Assembly: GCA_963758495.1 (NCBI GenBank)
Contig: CAVWVI010000003.1
Location: 1,485,440 to 1,549,439 of the forward strand
Length of the DNA: 64,000 bases
Source of the DNA: Oligoflexia bacterium
Lineage (GTDB): Bacteria > Bdellovibrionota > UBA1018
Direction: 5' to 3'
Positions within the stretch are counted from its first letter, which is position 1; each line of letters opens with the position of its first letter. The notes under the pieces were generated by a model. It was given only the letters and a program-made list of their open reading frames with translations, was not told where the DNA came from and made no database searches. Both the position numbers and the translations under genes were made by a program. This document shows, piece by piece, positions 39,333 through 48,556 of the stretch.

Positions 39333-41956
39333 CTTTTCAGTAAGGTAAGTAGAAAGGTCAGCTATAATCTCCTGCTTGTGCCCTGCAAAGATTCCGAGAA
39401 AGTAAGTCAGAGTTCTCATGCCCAATGAAGTGCATCGTTTCGTTAGTTCTAGCTTTCCTTCTCTATTTAATGATCCTTGGTATGTGCGCAGAATCTGGCC
39501 TGCAACCTGAATTGTTTTAAGCGCCTTGTTTACTTCACTCAGTGTATCGACCTTGGATTGCTGATCTGAACTAAAGATTTCGTCGATCCGATCAGAGCTC
39601 TCTGCCACGGTAGCGCGGTTTTCTTTTGGGCTCTCAATTCCTAATTGTAGTTTTGGACCTTTACCTCCTGCCAGATCATTGGCGAACTGAGTATCCTTGT
39701 CGAGATCGCAGGGATTTAAGTTTGAAAAAAGACCGTCACAAGTTTTCTTTATTTCGGATATCAGGAAATCGCTTTGGGAAAAGTAGCTCACAAAAATAAT
39801 AGTATTGGCATAGTCCTCTCTGTAAAGGTTTTCACACATTCCACTTATAGTTACTTTAGTTTCTTCTTTCTCAATGTGGTCTGCGAGATATCTGCCCAAA
39901 AAGTATGTATAATAGTATCTGTATTTAAATTTATAGTTGCCGTGCACGCTTTCCAATATGAAACAATTTAATAGATAACCTTTAAGCTCACTGTATGGAA
40001 CTGAAAGAGCATATATTCGACAATGATTGTTATGAAACTGTTCAAGGTCGTCATCGGACAGTGAAATTACGTTACTATTATGTAAATTAAATGCTAAATT
40101 ACAAAGAAATCCTCTCAGAATCCCAAGATCTATAGACGTTGTGTTCCCCTTAACTAATGACTCTGTCACCAAGAAGTCAAAAAGGTGACCATAAGAACCT
40201 GATGCGGTTGTATGCTGCTTGCTAGTCTCTACCTGTTGAAGAAGAGCCAAGATGTAAATCGGATAAGATGGCACCAAGTCTTTTCCAATTATCATAGTAA
40301 TTATTCGATTAATTTGATCTGAGTGGCTTGCAAACTCGCTTGGAGCATATGTGTCCTCTCTGCCCAAAAGTAACCATCGTTCAATCAGCTCTAGCCGCTG
40401 TTTGTGTCCGAATGGAAGAATTTCAAGTTGGCTAAAGTCCGCAAGGAAGGTTTTTGTTCTTCCTAAGGCAGCCAATTCCTGAATCTTTAGAGAGGTGTCT
40501 CCAAGAAGAATAACTTTTCCAAACAGTCCAGAAAGAACCGTTAGTAATTTTTCTATCCCATCCGGATTTAGGAACAACTTATCAAAGTTATCGACAATTA
40601 TAACTTTATTACTCTGATTGAGTTGAACGTAGGTGTTCCATTCAGTATCGAGATAGAAGTTAGAGAAAGTTTGCTCTGAAAGTCTCAAGAAGGAATCTCT
40701 GGTTAGATGAGAATTGGTGAGTTTTTGACCATCTACTATGAGAGGAACAAATTCCTTTTCACGCAGGACAGAAAAGCTTCGTTTGCCAAGACAAGTCTTG
40801 CCGGAGTCAAGATCTCCAAAAATAATTATTTTTTCGTGCTCGATTAGGAATTTATGGAAATTTTCAGGACGAAGGCGTTCTTCTTCGGTATTTTTTGATA
40901 GATGTTGAGTTAGGATCTTCAGTGTTGGAAGGATGAAAATATCATTTAGATAAATCGTACTTTTTGCGGGGTGACTGAAATTCGCTCCGAGGTCATTGAT
41001 ATAGCGGATAGAGGCGTCAGTTAATTGGAAGGTGTTCTTTAGTAGATGTGAGTTTCGATTGAATGGAAGTTCCGTGGGAGTGTACCCCTCGATGGGAACA
41101 TATTCAGTTTTTTTCCATTTAAAACGGAATCTCTTCTGCGTTTTATTGCTGAGATCAACGAGAATAGCGGCGAATTCACTGCTATTTGGATTAGAGGTTT
41201 CATTGAGAACGCCCCCTTCAAAATAATGGTTTTCAATATCTTCACTTTTTTTGAGATAGATTGAGGGATTGTGTTCGTGGCCTGTCACTATAACGTCTGA
41301 GGTTTGTTCCACTATCTGTTTAAAGTGGGGCATAGTTTCCGGACTAAACCATGGATAAGGATGGTGGAAAGCGGTAATCACCAATCGGAAGAGATCGATT
41401 TTAGTTCATTTGTCGGAAATGCAAGGGTACCTGGCGATTCGTCTAATTGAGACATCCAGGCCGAATTAATGCAGCGAATCGCTACCTTTTTCTCTTCAAA
41501 TATTTGTTCTTCAATCCAATGCAATCTATTTTGAAACACATGGCCATTCATTTCTTCGTAAAATGAGAAAAAGTTAGTCTGTGGTTCTAAGCATGAACCA
41601 AGGTATTGAGGCTTGATTGAGCTTGGTGACTTGAGGTGGCCTAAGATCAGATCTCTAACGTCATCTTGCTGAAAGTGACAATCATGATTTCCCGGAACAA
41701 CAAAAAAAGAAATGGATTTTTTTGTGGCTTCTTGGAGTGCATCACGAATCCGAGATAATAAGTCAGCACAGACCTTATACTCTTCAGCTTTTCCAGAAAA
41801 AGCTAGAACGCCGCTTACAATTAGAAGAATTCCTGAAATACTTGTGTCGGAGCAAATCGGCAGGATCGCTGAAATGAGTTTATCTACTTTTTGGAAAATC
41901 GGTTCACGTTCGTTTTTTATATGAATGTCACTGAGATGTAATATCAATAGTTGCAT
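39333..41956 (-). pseudogene. Metallophosphoesterase-P-loop NTPase fusion protein. It has one frame break, and its 3' end is interrupted by IS21 copy 1.
   Basis: Calcineurin-like motifs are HLSDIH, GNHD, AFHHP and GHEH, split over the two ORF-track pieces 41378-41956 and 39222-41384. The pieces join if the T4 run at 41399-41402 is read as T5. Walker A is IIIFGDLDSGKTCLGK and a Walker B-like motif is KVIIVDNFD. A long helical C-region follows. The last 36 codons of the ORF-track model are IS-derived. Confidence 0.7.
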
Positions 41957-42036
41957 GAGTGTCCTCTAGATGTCGTCCCCAAGTAGGGCAGAGCCATGCT
42001 ACCTCGTTTTGGAGAACGTCCAATAGGCCTATAGGC

Positions 42037-42056
42037 TATAGGTTGATATAGGTTGA
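42037..42056. promoter_or_regulatory. Tandem 10-bp direct repeat TATAGGTTGA x2, within four ATAGG copies (42023-42052), in a divergent promoter region
   Basis: The repeat was read directly. It lies about 100 bp upstream of abiEi, between that gene and the oppositely oriented NTPase gene. Confidence 0.4.
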
Positions 42057-42159
42057 GGGTTTTGGCAATCCAGTTCAATTCCCGAAAGTGCTTACATTTC
42101 ATAGATCTAAATATAAACCCCATATATACTAAGGGGTTTATTGACGTGCTGCAAAGACT

Positions 42160-42813
42160 ATGAGATTATATCCCTTAATGAGTAAGGGCTATAAAGAACA
42201 AAAACATCAAAATCCGCGGGATAACGAGCGACGTCTTTTTGAGATTGCTGATTCTCTACAAGGTTTTTTTACCGCCAAACAGGCGGTAGCTGCTGGTTAT
42301 AGCGAAAAGAATCACGCATTCCACGTTCACGCCGGAAATTGGGTTCGGGAACTCCACGGAGTCTATCGTCTTCGAAGTTATCCACAGAGCACTGAGTCGG
42401 ATCTAGTGCTTTGGTCCCTTTGGTCAAGAGGTAAGGATGGTATTCCCCATGGGATTTATTCCCATGAAACGGTGCTCAGTCACTACGATCTTTCCGATAT
42501 CAATCCTGCCCGTTTGCATATGACAGTACCTACTCGTTTTAAAAGAATGGTAAAACCTCCTGAAAATCTCGTTCTTTATAAGAGTGACCTTCCAAAGGAA
42601 GACATCCGCCAAATGCATGGCTATCAAATGACTACAGTGAAGCGAGCTCTCGAAGATATGTTTCAAGCAGGAACTTATCCAAAAGATCTCATTGAAAGTG
42701 CAGTCGCAGAAGCTCTAAAGTCAGGACACCTTACAGTTTCCGAACTTGAAAACTCTCAAGTTCTAAAGCCCTTTCAAAAATTTCTTCAAACAAGAAAGCA
42801 ACTGGCATCATGA
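42160..42813 (+). CDS. abiEi: AbiEi-family type IV antitoxin / transcriptional regulator
   Basis: FFTAKQAVAAGYSEKNHAFHVHAGNWVRELHGVYRL and SHETVLSHYDLSDINPARLHMTVP match the AbiEi N-terminal pattern. It overlaps the downstream gene by 4 nt. Confidence 0.8.
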   Translation: MRLYPLMSKGYKEQKHQNPRDNERRLFEIADSLQGFFTAKQAVAAGYSEKNHAFHVHAGNWVRELHGVYRLRSYPQSTESDLVLWSLWSRGKDGIPHGIYSHETVLSHYDLSDINPARLHMTVPTRFKRMVKPPENLVLYKSDLPKEDIRQMHGYQMTTVKRALEDMFQAGTYPKDLIESAVAEALKSGHLTVSELENSQVLKPFQKFLQTRKQLAS

Positions 42814-43703
42814 ATTCTGAGGAAAAGAGCTATATGTCGGCACGATCCTTTTCGCAGGCCTTAGCTGAAAAGCTGCGTGCCCAAGTGAAAAATCAACCTG
42901 GTTATGACATTGTACGGATTCGTCGCCAAGTAGCATTCGATCGGCTTTTAGCTAGACTCTTTGTTGAAGAGCCCTCTCCCTGGATTCTCAAAGGCGGATA
43001 TGCGATGGAACTTAGATCTAATCGAGCGAGAGCTACTCGTGATATCGATTTATCGCTCCCCGATGGAAAATTCTTAGGTTTAAAGGACGAAGAGGTTTTA
43101 GGAATCGCACTTCAGCGAGAGATACAGAATCAAGCCTCAAAGGAACTTGGGGATTTTTTCCATTTCATTATCAGTGAGCCTATTTTGGATTTAGAAGCAG
43201 CTCCTTATGGTGGTGCTCGTTTCCATATTGAAGCACGTCTTGACGAAAGAACATTTGCGAAGTTTCATCTGGATGTCGGAGTCGGCGATGCTATTTTAAA
43301 GCCTCTTGATGTATTACAAAGTCATGATTGGCTAGCTTTTGCGGGTATCCCCGCCAGTTCCTATCCAACTCTATCGAAAGAACAGCAATTTGCAGAGAAG
43401 GTACATGCTTATACCCTTCCAAGGGATGAGAATCGAAGTAACTCAAGGGTAAAAGATCTGATTGATCTATTGCTTTTAATTCAGAGCAATGAACTTGATC
43501 GATCACGTCTTAGAGCTGCGCTTGAGGCAACTTTTATGAGGCGGGAGACTCACTCTCTTCCAGCGGAATTTCCCGATCCCCCTTTACACTGGGAAAAGCC
43601 ATTTCAACATCTCGCTAAGGAAGTTGGGTTAGATGAGAATTTGGCTGCAGGTGTTAACATTGTAAGACGCTTTTTTCATGAGACGACTTATGAATCAAAA
43701 TGA
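42810..43703 (+). CDS. abiEii: AbiEii/AbiGii-family nucleotidyltransferase toxin (DUF1814)
   Basis: Motifs WILKGGYAMELRSNRARATRDIDLSL and FHLDVGVGDA are present. Confidence 0.82.
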   Translation: MNSEEKSYMSARSFSQALAEKLRAQVKNQPGYDIVRIRRQVAFDRLLARLFVEEPSPWILKGGYAMELRSNRARATRDIDLSLPDGKFLGLKDEEVLGIALQREIQNQASKELGDFFHFIISEPILDLEAAPYGGARFHIEARLDERTFAKFHLDVGVGDAILKPLDVLQSHDWLAFAGIPASSYPTLSKEQQFAEKVHAYTLPRDENRSNSRVKDLIDLLLLIQSNELDRSRLRAALEATFMRRETHSLPAEFPDPPLHWEKPFQHLAKEVGLDENLAAGVNIVRRFFHETTYESK

Positions 43704-43809
43704 GCTTTGGAAATACGATTTTTCACGGAAACTTCAAGTAGGCGGTCGGCCCGGCTGGTTGCATCATTCTGCTCGGGTCAGTCATATTATCTGGCCTAGG
43801 GAAGTTTAA

Positions 43810-43959
43810 TTGAGGTCAAGAATGACAGATTTTTTTCGCTATTTAGCGGTGAATCCAGGACAAACATTTGTTTTTCTCGGCACTATGTTAACTGTCTTTG
43901 CTGGATTTTATGTGACCTATTCTCAAAATAGAGAACAAATCAAGCAGAAAAATGAGATC
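43810..43959 (+). pseudogene. Small membrane-protein ORF truncated by IS21 copy 2
   Basis: The ORF-track model 43810-44013 runs into the IS terminal repeat at 43960. It has one hydrophobic segment (FVFLGTMLTVFAGFYV). Confidence 0.3.
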
Positions 43960-44094
43960 TGGCTAGTGCCAATGAATCTTGCCGGTCCAGTGCCAATTAA
44001 ATTTGCCGGTTAACTGAAATAGTTAACAGTACCTGGAGGTTTTGCCTCCAGTCGTCTCTCGGGTAGAACTCGCTCTATTGGAGTTAACCGGAGT

Positions 44095-45604
44095 ATGATT
44101 TTAATGACTGAGTTCAAAAGGATTATTCAGCTAAGGAATGATGGCAAAACCCAAAAAGAAATTGGAATTGAACTAGGGTTGTCCGAAAGGACTGTGAGAA
44201 ATTATCTTAAAAGTGGGTCAGTTCCGTCTTATACACGGACTGTATCTACCCGCCCTGATCCCCTGTCTGAAGCTCATCTCCAAATTGCACATGAGATGCT
44301 TCGCCAATACCCAAAAACCCAAGTAAAGAGCATTTTGTCACGACTGAGAAGGGAAGGTTACAAGGGGAGTTATCGGACCCTTCTGAGACGGTTGGAGAGT
44401 ATAACCAGGGTATCGGATCCGGCGCCAGTATTCTTTCAACGCGAACATTTCCCAGGTGATGTTATGGAGGGAGACTTTACCGAGCTTTCTGGGATTTCAA
44501 TCGGTGGCGAAATTTTGAAGATCCAACTCTGGGTAGTTCGGCTTATTTTCAGTGGCAGAATTTCAGCTACGGCATTTTTTAATACTACTTGGGAGTGCTT
44601 TCTAGAAGGCAGTGTGCAGGCTTTTAATTCTTTTGGTGGCATAGCCCAGCGCTATCGCCTCGATAATTTATTATGTGGAGCTCCACATAATTAAGGACTC
44701 AACATAAAATTTAAGTCCTGTGGTAAAACTCTTGGGTCGTGGGGAGCGAAAAATTACGGCCCGCTTTGCTCAATTTCAAAATCATTATGGGTTTAAAGCC
44801 GATTTCTGCAACCCAGCGTCAGGATGGGAGAAGGGATCGATTGAAAGTACAGTTGGGCATCTTAAAATACGAATCCGTGAAGTCATTGGCCTCGGGAATC
44901 TTCACTTCCGAGACCTAGCGTCATTCCAGCAATTGGTGAACAAAGTTGTAAATGAACAGAATGCGGAAGCTGCAGTGGAAGAGAAGTTTAACCAGGAACC
45001 CTTGATACTCCTTCCTCGAGAGCCATTCCCTGCCTTTGAAGAAGTCGTAGTAAATATTGATAAGTATTCGACTTTCAGTCCTCTGAAGAATGGCCATCGG
45101 TATTCTGCTCCTAGCCATTTAAGTGGTCTTTCCCTCGAAGCCCGGATCTATGCTTCGAGGATTGATCTCATTTATGAATCGAAAGTAGTTGCCACCCATT
45201 GCAGGCTATGGGGTAAATCTAACCAGACTAAGATCGAAGTTGTCCATATTATCCGCGAACTCTGTAAGAAACCTGGAGTCGTCCTGGAGTGGAAACACCG
45301 CCATGTTCTCTTCTCTCATCCCATTTGGAATCGCTTTTACGAAAGATTGAAAGTCCAGCCTGCCAACGGTCCGACAGCCTTAAAGGAATACTTAAACTGT
45401 TTAAAATATATGGCTGAATATGGCCGTGAAAACGTCACTGCGGCTATGGAGCTCTGCCTCGAGGGCAGCAACGAATTATCATTACTAAAACTAAAGGAGG
45501 TCCTTACCAATGAACCTGTAGCTGACATTCTCAACATAAAACCAGCTCGTAGAGATCTTAATCAATACGACGAATTATTTAGCCTCCAAAGAAAGGAAAA
45601 TTAA
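44095..45604 (+). pseudogene. istA: IS21-family transposase IstA, disrupted by a 43-bp insertion
   Basis: Pieces 44095-44694 and 44720-45604 are out of frame. Removing 44671-44713 gives ...RYRLDNL-SPVVKLLGRGERK..., which matches the IstA DNLxxAV region. EKGSIESTVG supplies the DDE glutamate. Confidence 0.8.
44671..44690. repeat. 20-bp perfect palindrome TTATGTGGAGCTCCACATAA inside the 43-bp insert
   Basis: Read directly. The insert is bounded by AATTTA copies at 44665-44670 and 44708-44713. Confidence 0.9.
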
Positions 45605-45606
45605 TA

Positions 45607-46386
45607 ATGGCCACCAGCCAAAATATGCAAATACACCTTGAGTTGAATTTAAAAACACTAAAACTTCCCAGTATCCTCAGATCCTATCAAAAGGTGAGCG
45701 AAGCCGCCGCTGAAGAGGGTCTCACGTGTGAGCAATACCTGTATCGCCTAACCGGCATCGAAGTTGAGAAGCGAAAGGAGAAAAAAATCAATGCACTCAT
45801 ACAACATGCAAAATTCCCCCTTAAGAAGCTACTGAGTGATTTTAAGTTTGAAGAAACACCCACTATCAGCAGGCAAACCTTTATTGAATTGGCTGAAGGG
45901 CATTTCTTAGCTGACGCCAAAAATGTCCTACTTTATGGAGCACCAGGAGCAGGCAAAAGCCATTTGGCCATGGGGTTGGCCAGGGAGCTGTGTCTCAGAG
46001 AAAAAAAAGTTGTCTTTTTTACTGCCTGCGATCTTACTCAACGGCTAATTAAAGAAAAAAACAATCTAAGACTCTCTGAGTTTTTGAAAAAGCTGAACCG
46101 ATATGACTTGATCTGCATTGATGAACTTGGCTTTATCCCATTTGAAAGAACAGAAGCTGATCTCCTCTTCCAGTGCTTCAGTGCCTGCTACGAAAGGACT
46201 TCAATTCTTATTACGACAAATTTGGTTTTTAGTGAATGGGACCAAATATTCAAAGATACAAAAACCACTACTGCAGCAATTGATCGCCTGATTCATCACG
46301 CTTATTTATTTGATATCAGTAGCGAGGAAAGCTTCAGGAAGAAAGAAGCCAGAAAAAACATGGACCAAAAACAACAAAAATGTTAG
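45607..46386 (+). CDS. istB: IS21-family helper ATPase IstB
   Basis: Walker A is LLYGAPGAGKSHLA and Walker B is LICIDELGF. Confidence 0.9.
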   Translation: MATSQNMQIHLELNLKTLKLPSILRSYQKVSEAAAEEGLTCEQYLYRLTGIEVEKRKEKKINALIQHAKFPLKKLLSDFKFEETPTISRQTFIELAEGHFLADAKNVLLYGAPGAGKSHLAMGLARELCLREKKVVFFTACDLTQRLIKEKNNLRLSEFLKKLNRYDLICIDELGFIPFERTEADLLFQCFSACYERTSILITTNLVFSEWDQIFKDTKTTTAAIDRLIHHAYLFDISSEESFRKKEARKNMDQKQQKC

Positions 46387-46465
46387 CCGGAAACCGGCAA
46401 ATTTAGTTGTCACTCACCGGCAATTTTTATTGGCACTCTCCAATAAATAATAAGTAGAGTTCGTC

Positions 46466-46879
46466 CTACGCAACTTCACCGAGTTCATGTGAGTAAGTCA
46501 GCTTTGGCATCTCAATAACAATCCGACGATAATTAAAAGCAAGCTTCGGCGCTTTAGAACCCTTGGCATCACCGCTCTCCTCCAATGTAATAAATCCCAT
46601 AGCTTCCAGTGCAGTGCAGTCTCGCTGCACATTACCGAAGTCACGATCTAAGAGTTGAGCAAGCTGATAAATAGAAGTAGGCTTCTGGCTAATGATCGCT
46701 GCGAGAATGACTATCTTCTGTTCAGTCATGAATTTTTGATAATCCACCACTGAGTTGAACAAGATCGTATCCTTTTTCCCAATGCTAGGTTTTTGAGCTT
46801 TCAATGCAGCTTGTGTCCGAGCTTTGAAATCATCCCATTTCTCAAAACGAATATAGAGTGATTTATCTTTATTTAGCAT
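46466..46879 (-). CDS. HTH DNA-binding protein (HVO_A0114-like), a putative antitoxin/regulator
   Basis: The winged-helix region is KIVILAAIISQKPTSIYQLAQLLDRDFGNVQRDCTALEAMGFITLEE. The tail is KAPKLAFNYRRIVIEMP. It overlaps the upstream gene by 11 nt. Confidence 0.65.
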   Translation of the reverse strand: MLNKDKSLYIRFEKWDDFKARTQAALKAQKPSIGKKDTILFNSVVDYQKFMTEQKIVILAAIISQKPTSIYQLAQLLDRDFGNVQRDCTALEAMGFITLEESGDAKGSKAPKLAFNYRRIVIEMPKLTYSHELGEVA

Positions 46880-47180
46880 CTTTCAAAATCCTTTCTACTT
46901 CCTGGTAGAATAGAGCCAGTGCCGCATTGTGGTCAGTTACTGGAAGCTCTACACGAACTTCTTTGTCTTCCGGTAACTCAGTGTGCATATGGAAACCAAA
47001 AGGTTCATGATTATCCACTAGTAGCCTCGGAAAGTTACCTTCCACGTCTATCAAGACAAACTTAGCTTTAATTCCGTGAGGGAACTTCTCGCTTACCGGA
47101 ACTTCGAGTGCATACAGGACAACCCTGTAACGGTTGTTGATGGCAAATTTCTCGTCGAGGATAATCCGCGTTGCACTCAC
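46869..47180 (-). CDS. DUF6516/TumE-like putative toxin
   Basis: The 103-aa ORF contains YRVVLYALEVPVSEKFPHGIKAKFVL and LLVDNHEPFGFHMHTE. This resembles the xDNxH...HxH core of that family as I remember it. Confidence 0.55.
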   Translation of the reverse strand: MSATRIILDEKFAINNRYRVVLYALEVPVSEKFPHGIKAKFVLIDVEGNFPRLLVDNHEPFGFHMHTELPEDKEVRVELPVTDHNAALALFYQEVERILKDAK

Positions 47181-47394
47181 CTCTAAATCATAGCTTAAAA
47201 CATATGTTCAGTCACCATATATCTAACAAGGATCATTTGTCCGCTATATCGGTCGAGATGGGGCGCATTTGGGGCGTGTAACTGTGTACATGTGTAGCGC
47301 ATCGTATCGGAGTGTATCGTTCGAGCGGTTTCTAAGTATCTAATATTTAAAAATATTCCAAATCTATCAAGAAGTTAGAAACTGGATCAAAATC

Positions 47395-47411
47395 TCCCTC
47401 CTCCTGAGCCA
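47395..47411 (+). repeat. Direct repeat of the tRNA-Asn 3' end, the att-like junction between islands A and B
   Basis: TCCCTCCTCCTGAGCCA is identical to 32610-32626 and 50010-50026. Including the following AATTA, it is identical over 22 nt to 50010-50031. Confidence 0.9.
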
Positions 47412-47584
47412 ATTAAATCGAAACCCTCGGAAAACTTGAATGTTTTCCGGGGGTTTCGTGTTCTAGGCTTCTCGAAATTTCATTTTTGCGGGCCTTTGCG
47501 GGCCATGATCGGGTCGATCATTTGCCTCGAAAAATTTACTGCTTCAAAATGGACGACAACTTCTCGTCCATTTTTTTTTGGGTT

Positions 47585-48556
47585 TCAGCAATCTGCTGAT
47601 CCCGGTTGTACATTATCAACATTACCGTCAGCAAAAACCGGCTGCCCCCCAACATCTTTAGCTACATCTCTAGTTAATTTGGTTAATCTAGGTTGAGTAA
47701 CTTTAGCTTGCTCATACACATGGTTCAATAACTCCTTCCTTAGCTCTCCCCCATGCTCTTTGTCTTGAGATTTTGCTATAATTTCCGGCGAGATTACCTT
47801 CCCTTGTGAATCACGAACCTCTTGATTTACAGTTTTTTTATCTACTTGAAATGGGTTTTTATGATTTACACCACCTGTTGTTGCACTGGAATTTAATCCG
47901 TCTTTTACTGATTTGCCAGTGGTGTGAAATTCTTGCATTCTTTGAAGATTTCTTTGGGCTTTGCCTGGATCATTGAAGGTTCCATAAATGGGATTGGAAT
48001 TAATTTCACCATTTGATTTTGTTCTATTATGTATATTTTGAAATTTACTATCATTCCGAAGTTCGCGAACCTCGCTTATAGTGCCATTTGGACTTTTTAA
48101 TTGAGCAGAGACTGTCGAATTCTCATTTAGGCCCGTTTCAGTGTGGCGATATGAATGCTTATTGTCGATCGAGTTGTTCATCTCATTTTGAAAAAAGTGG
48201 AGTTCCTTTTCAGATCCAAACTTATGAGTCACTGACACAGAATTACCATTATGAAGCTGCATATCAATTTTAGTGGAAACACTTCCTGTCGGAGTCGCAG
48301 GATCAGGATGTACGATCATTTTTTTTATAGGTTGTTTTTCTAAACTTTCTTTTCTTTTAATGGAGGAAGTCGTTTTCAATAGGGGTAATCTTTTTCTTGT
48401 TTCGTTAACCCTTGAAGACCTTGGGCCGGTTTTAGGTTGTCCAGGCTGGTCAGATGAATTTGTTGCAAACACCTGTTTAATTACCAGGTCATTACGAGAA
48501 ACATAGACAGCGACGAAAAGTAAAAAAAAGCGAATTAATTTTTTGCAGAGTAACAT
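47585..48556 (-). CDS. Secreted low-complexity protein (N/S/K/T-rich), function unknown
   Basis: It has a signal-like N-terminus (LIRFFLLFVAVYVS). I recognise no domain motif. Confidence 0.55.
   Translation of the reverse strand: MLLCKKLIRFFLLFVAVYVSRNDLVIKQVFATNSSDQPGQPKTGPRSSRVNETRKRLPLLKTTSSIKRKESLEKQPIKKMIVHPDPATPTGSVSTKIDMQLHNGNSVSVTHKFGSEKELHFFQNEMNNSIDNKHSYRHTETGLNENSTVSAQLKSPNGTISEVRELRNDSKFQNIHNRTKSNGEINSNPIYGTFNDPGKAQRNLQRMQEFHTTGKSVKDGLNSSATTGGVNHKNPFQVDKKTVNQEVRDSQGKVISPEIIAKSQDKEHGGELRKELLNHVYEQAKVTQPRLTKLTRDVAKDVGGQPVFADGNVDNVQPGSADC

Larger units (their letters stand above)
43960..46442 (+). mobile_element. IS21-family insertion sequence, copy 2, a different lineage from copy 1
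   Basis: The left end is TGGCTAGTGCCAATGAATCTTGCCGGT...AAATTTGCCGGTT. The reverse complement of the right end is TGGAGAGTGCCAATAAAAATTGCCGGT...AAATTTGCCGGTT. It encodes an istA/istB pair. Confidence 0.82.

Noticed and set aside
47436-47696. An 86-aa ORF just after the att junction.
   Set aside because: It overlaps the att-adjacent hairpin and the 3' end of the 323-aa minus-strand gene. It has no motifs and no plausible ribosome-binding site.
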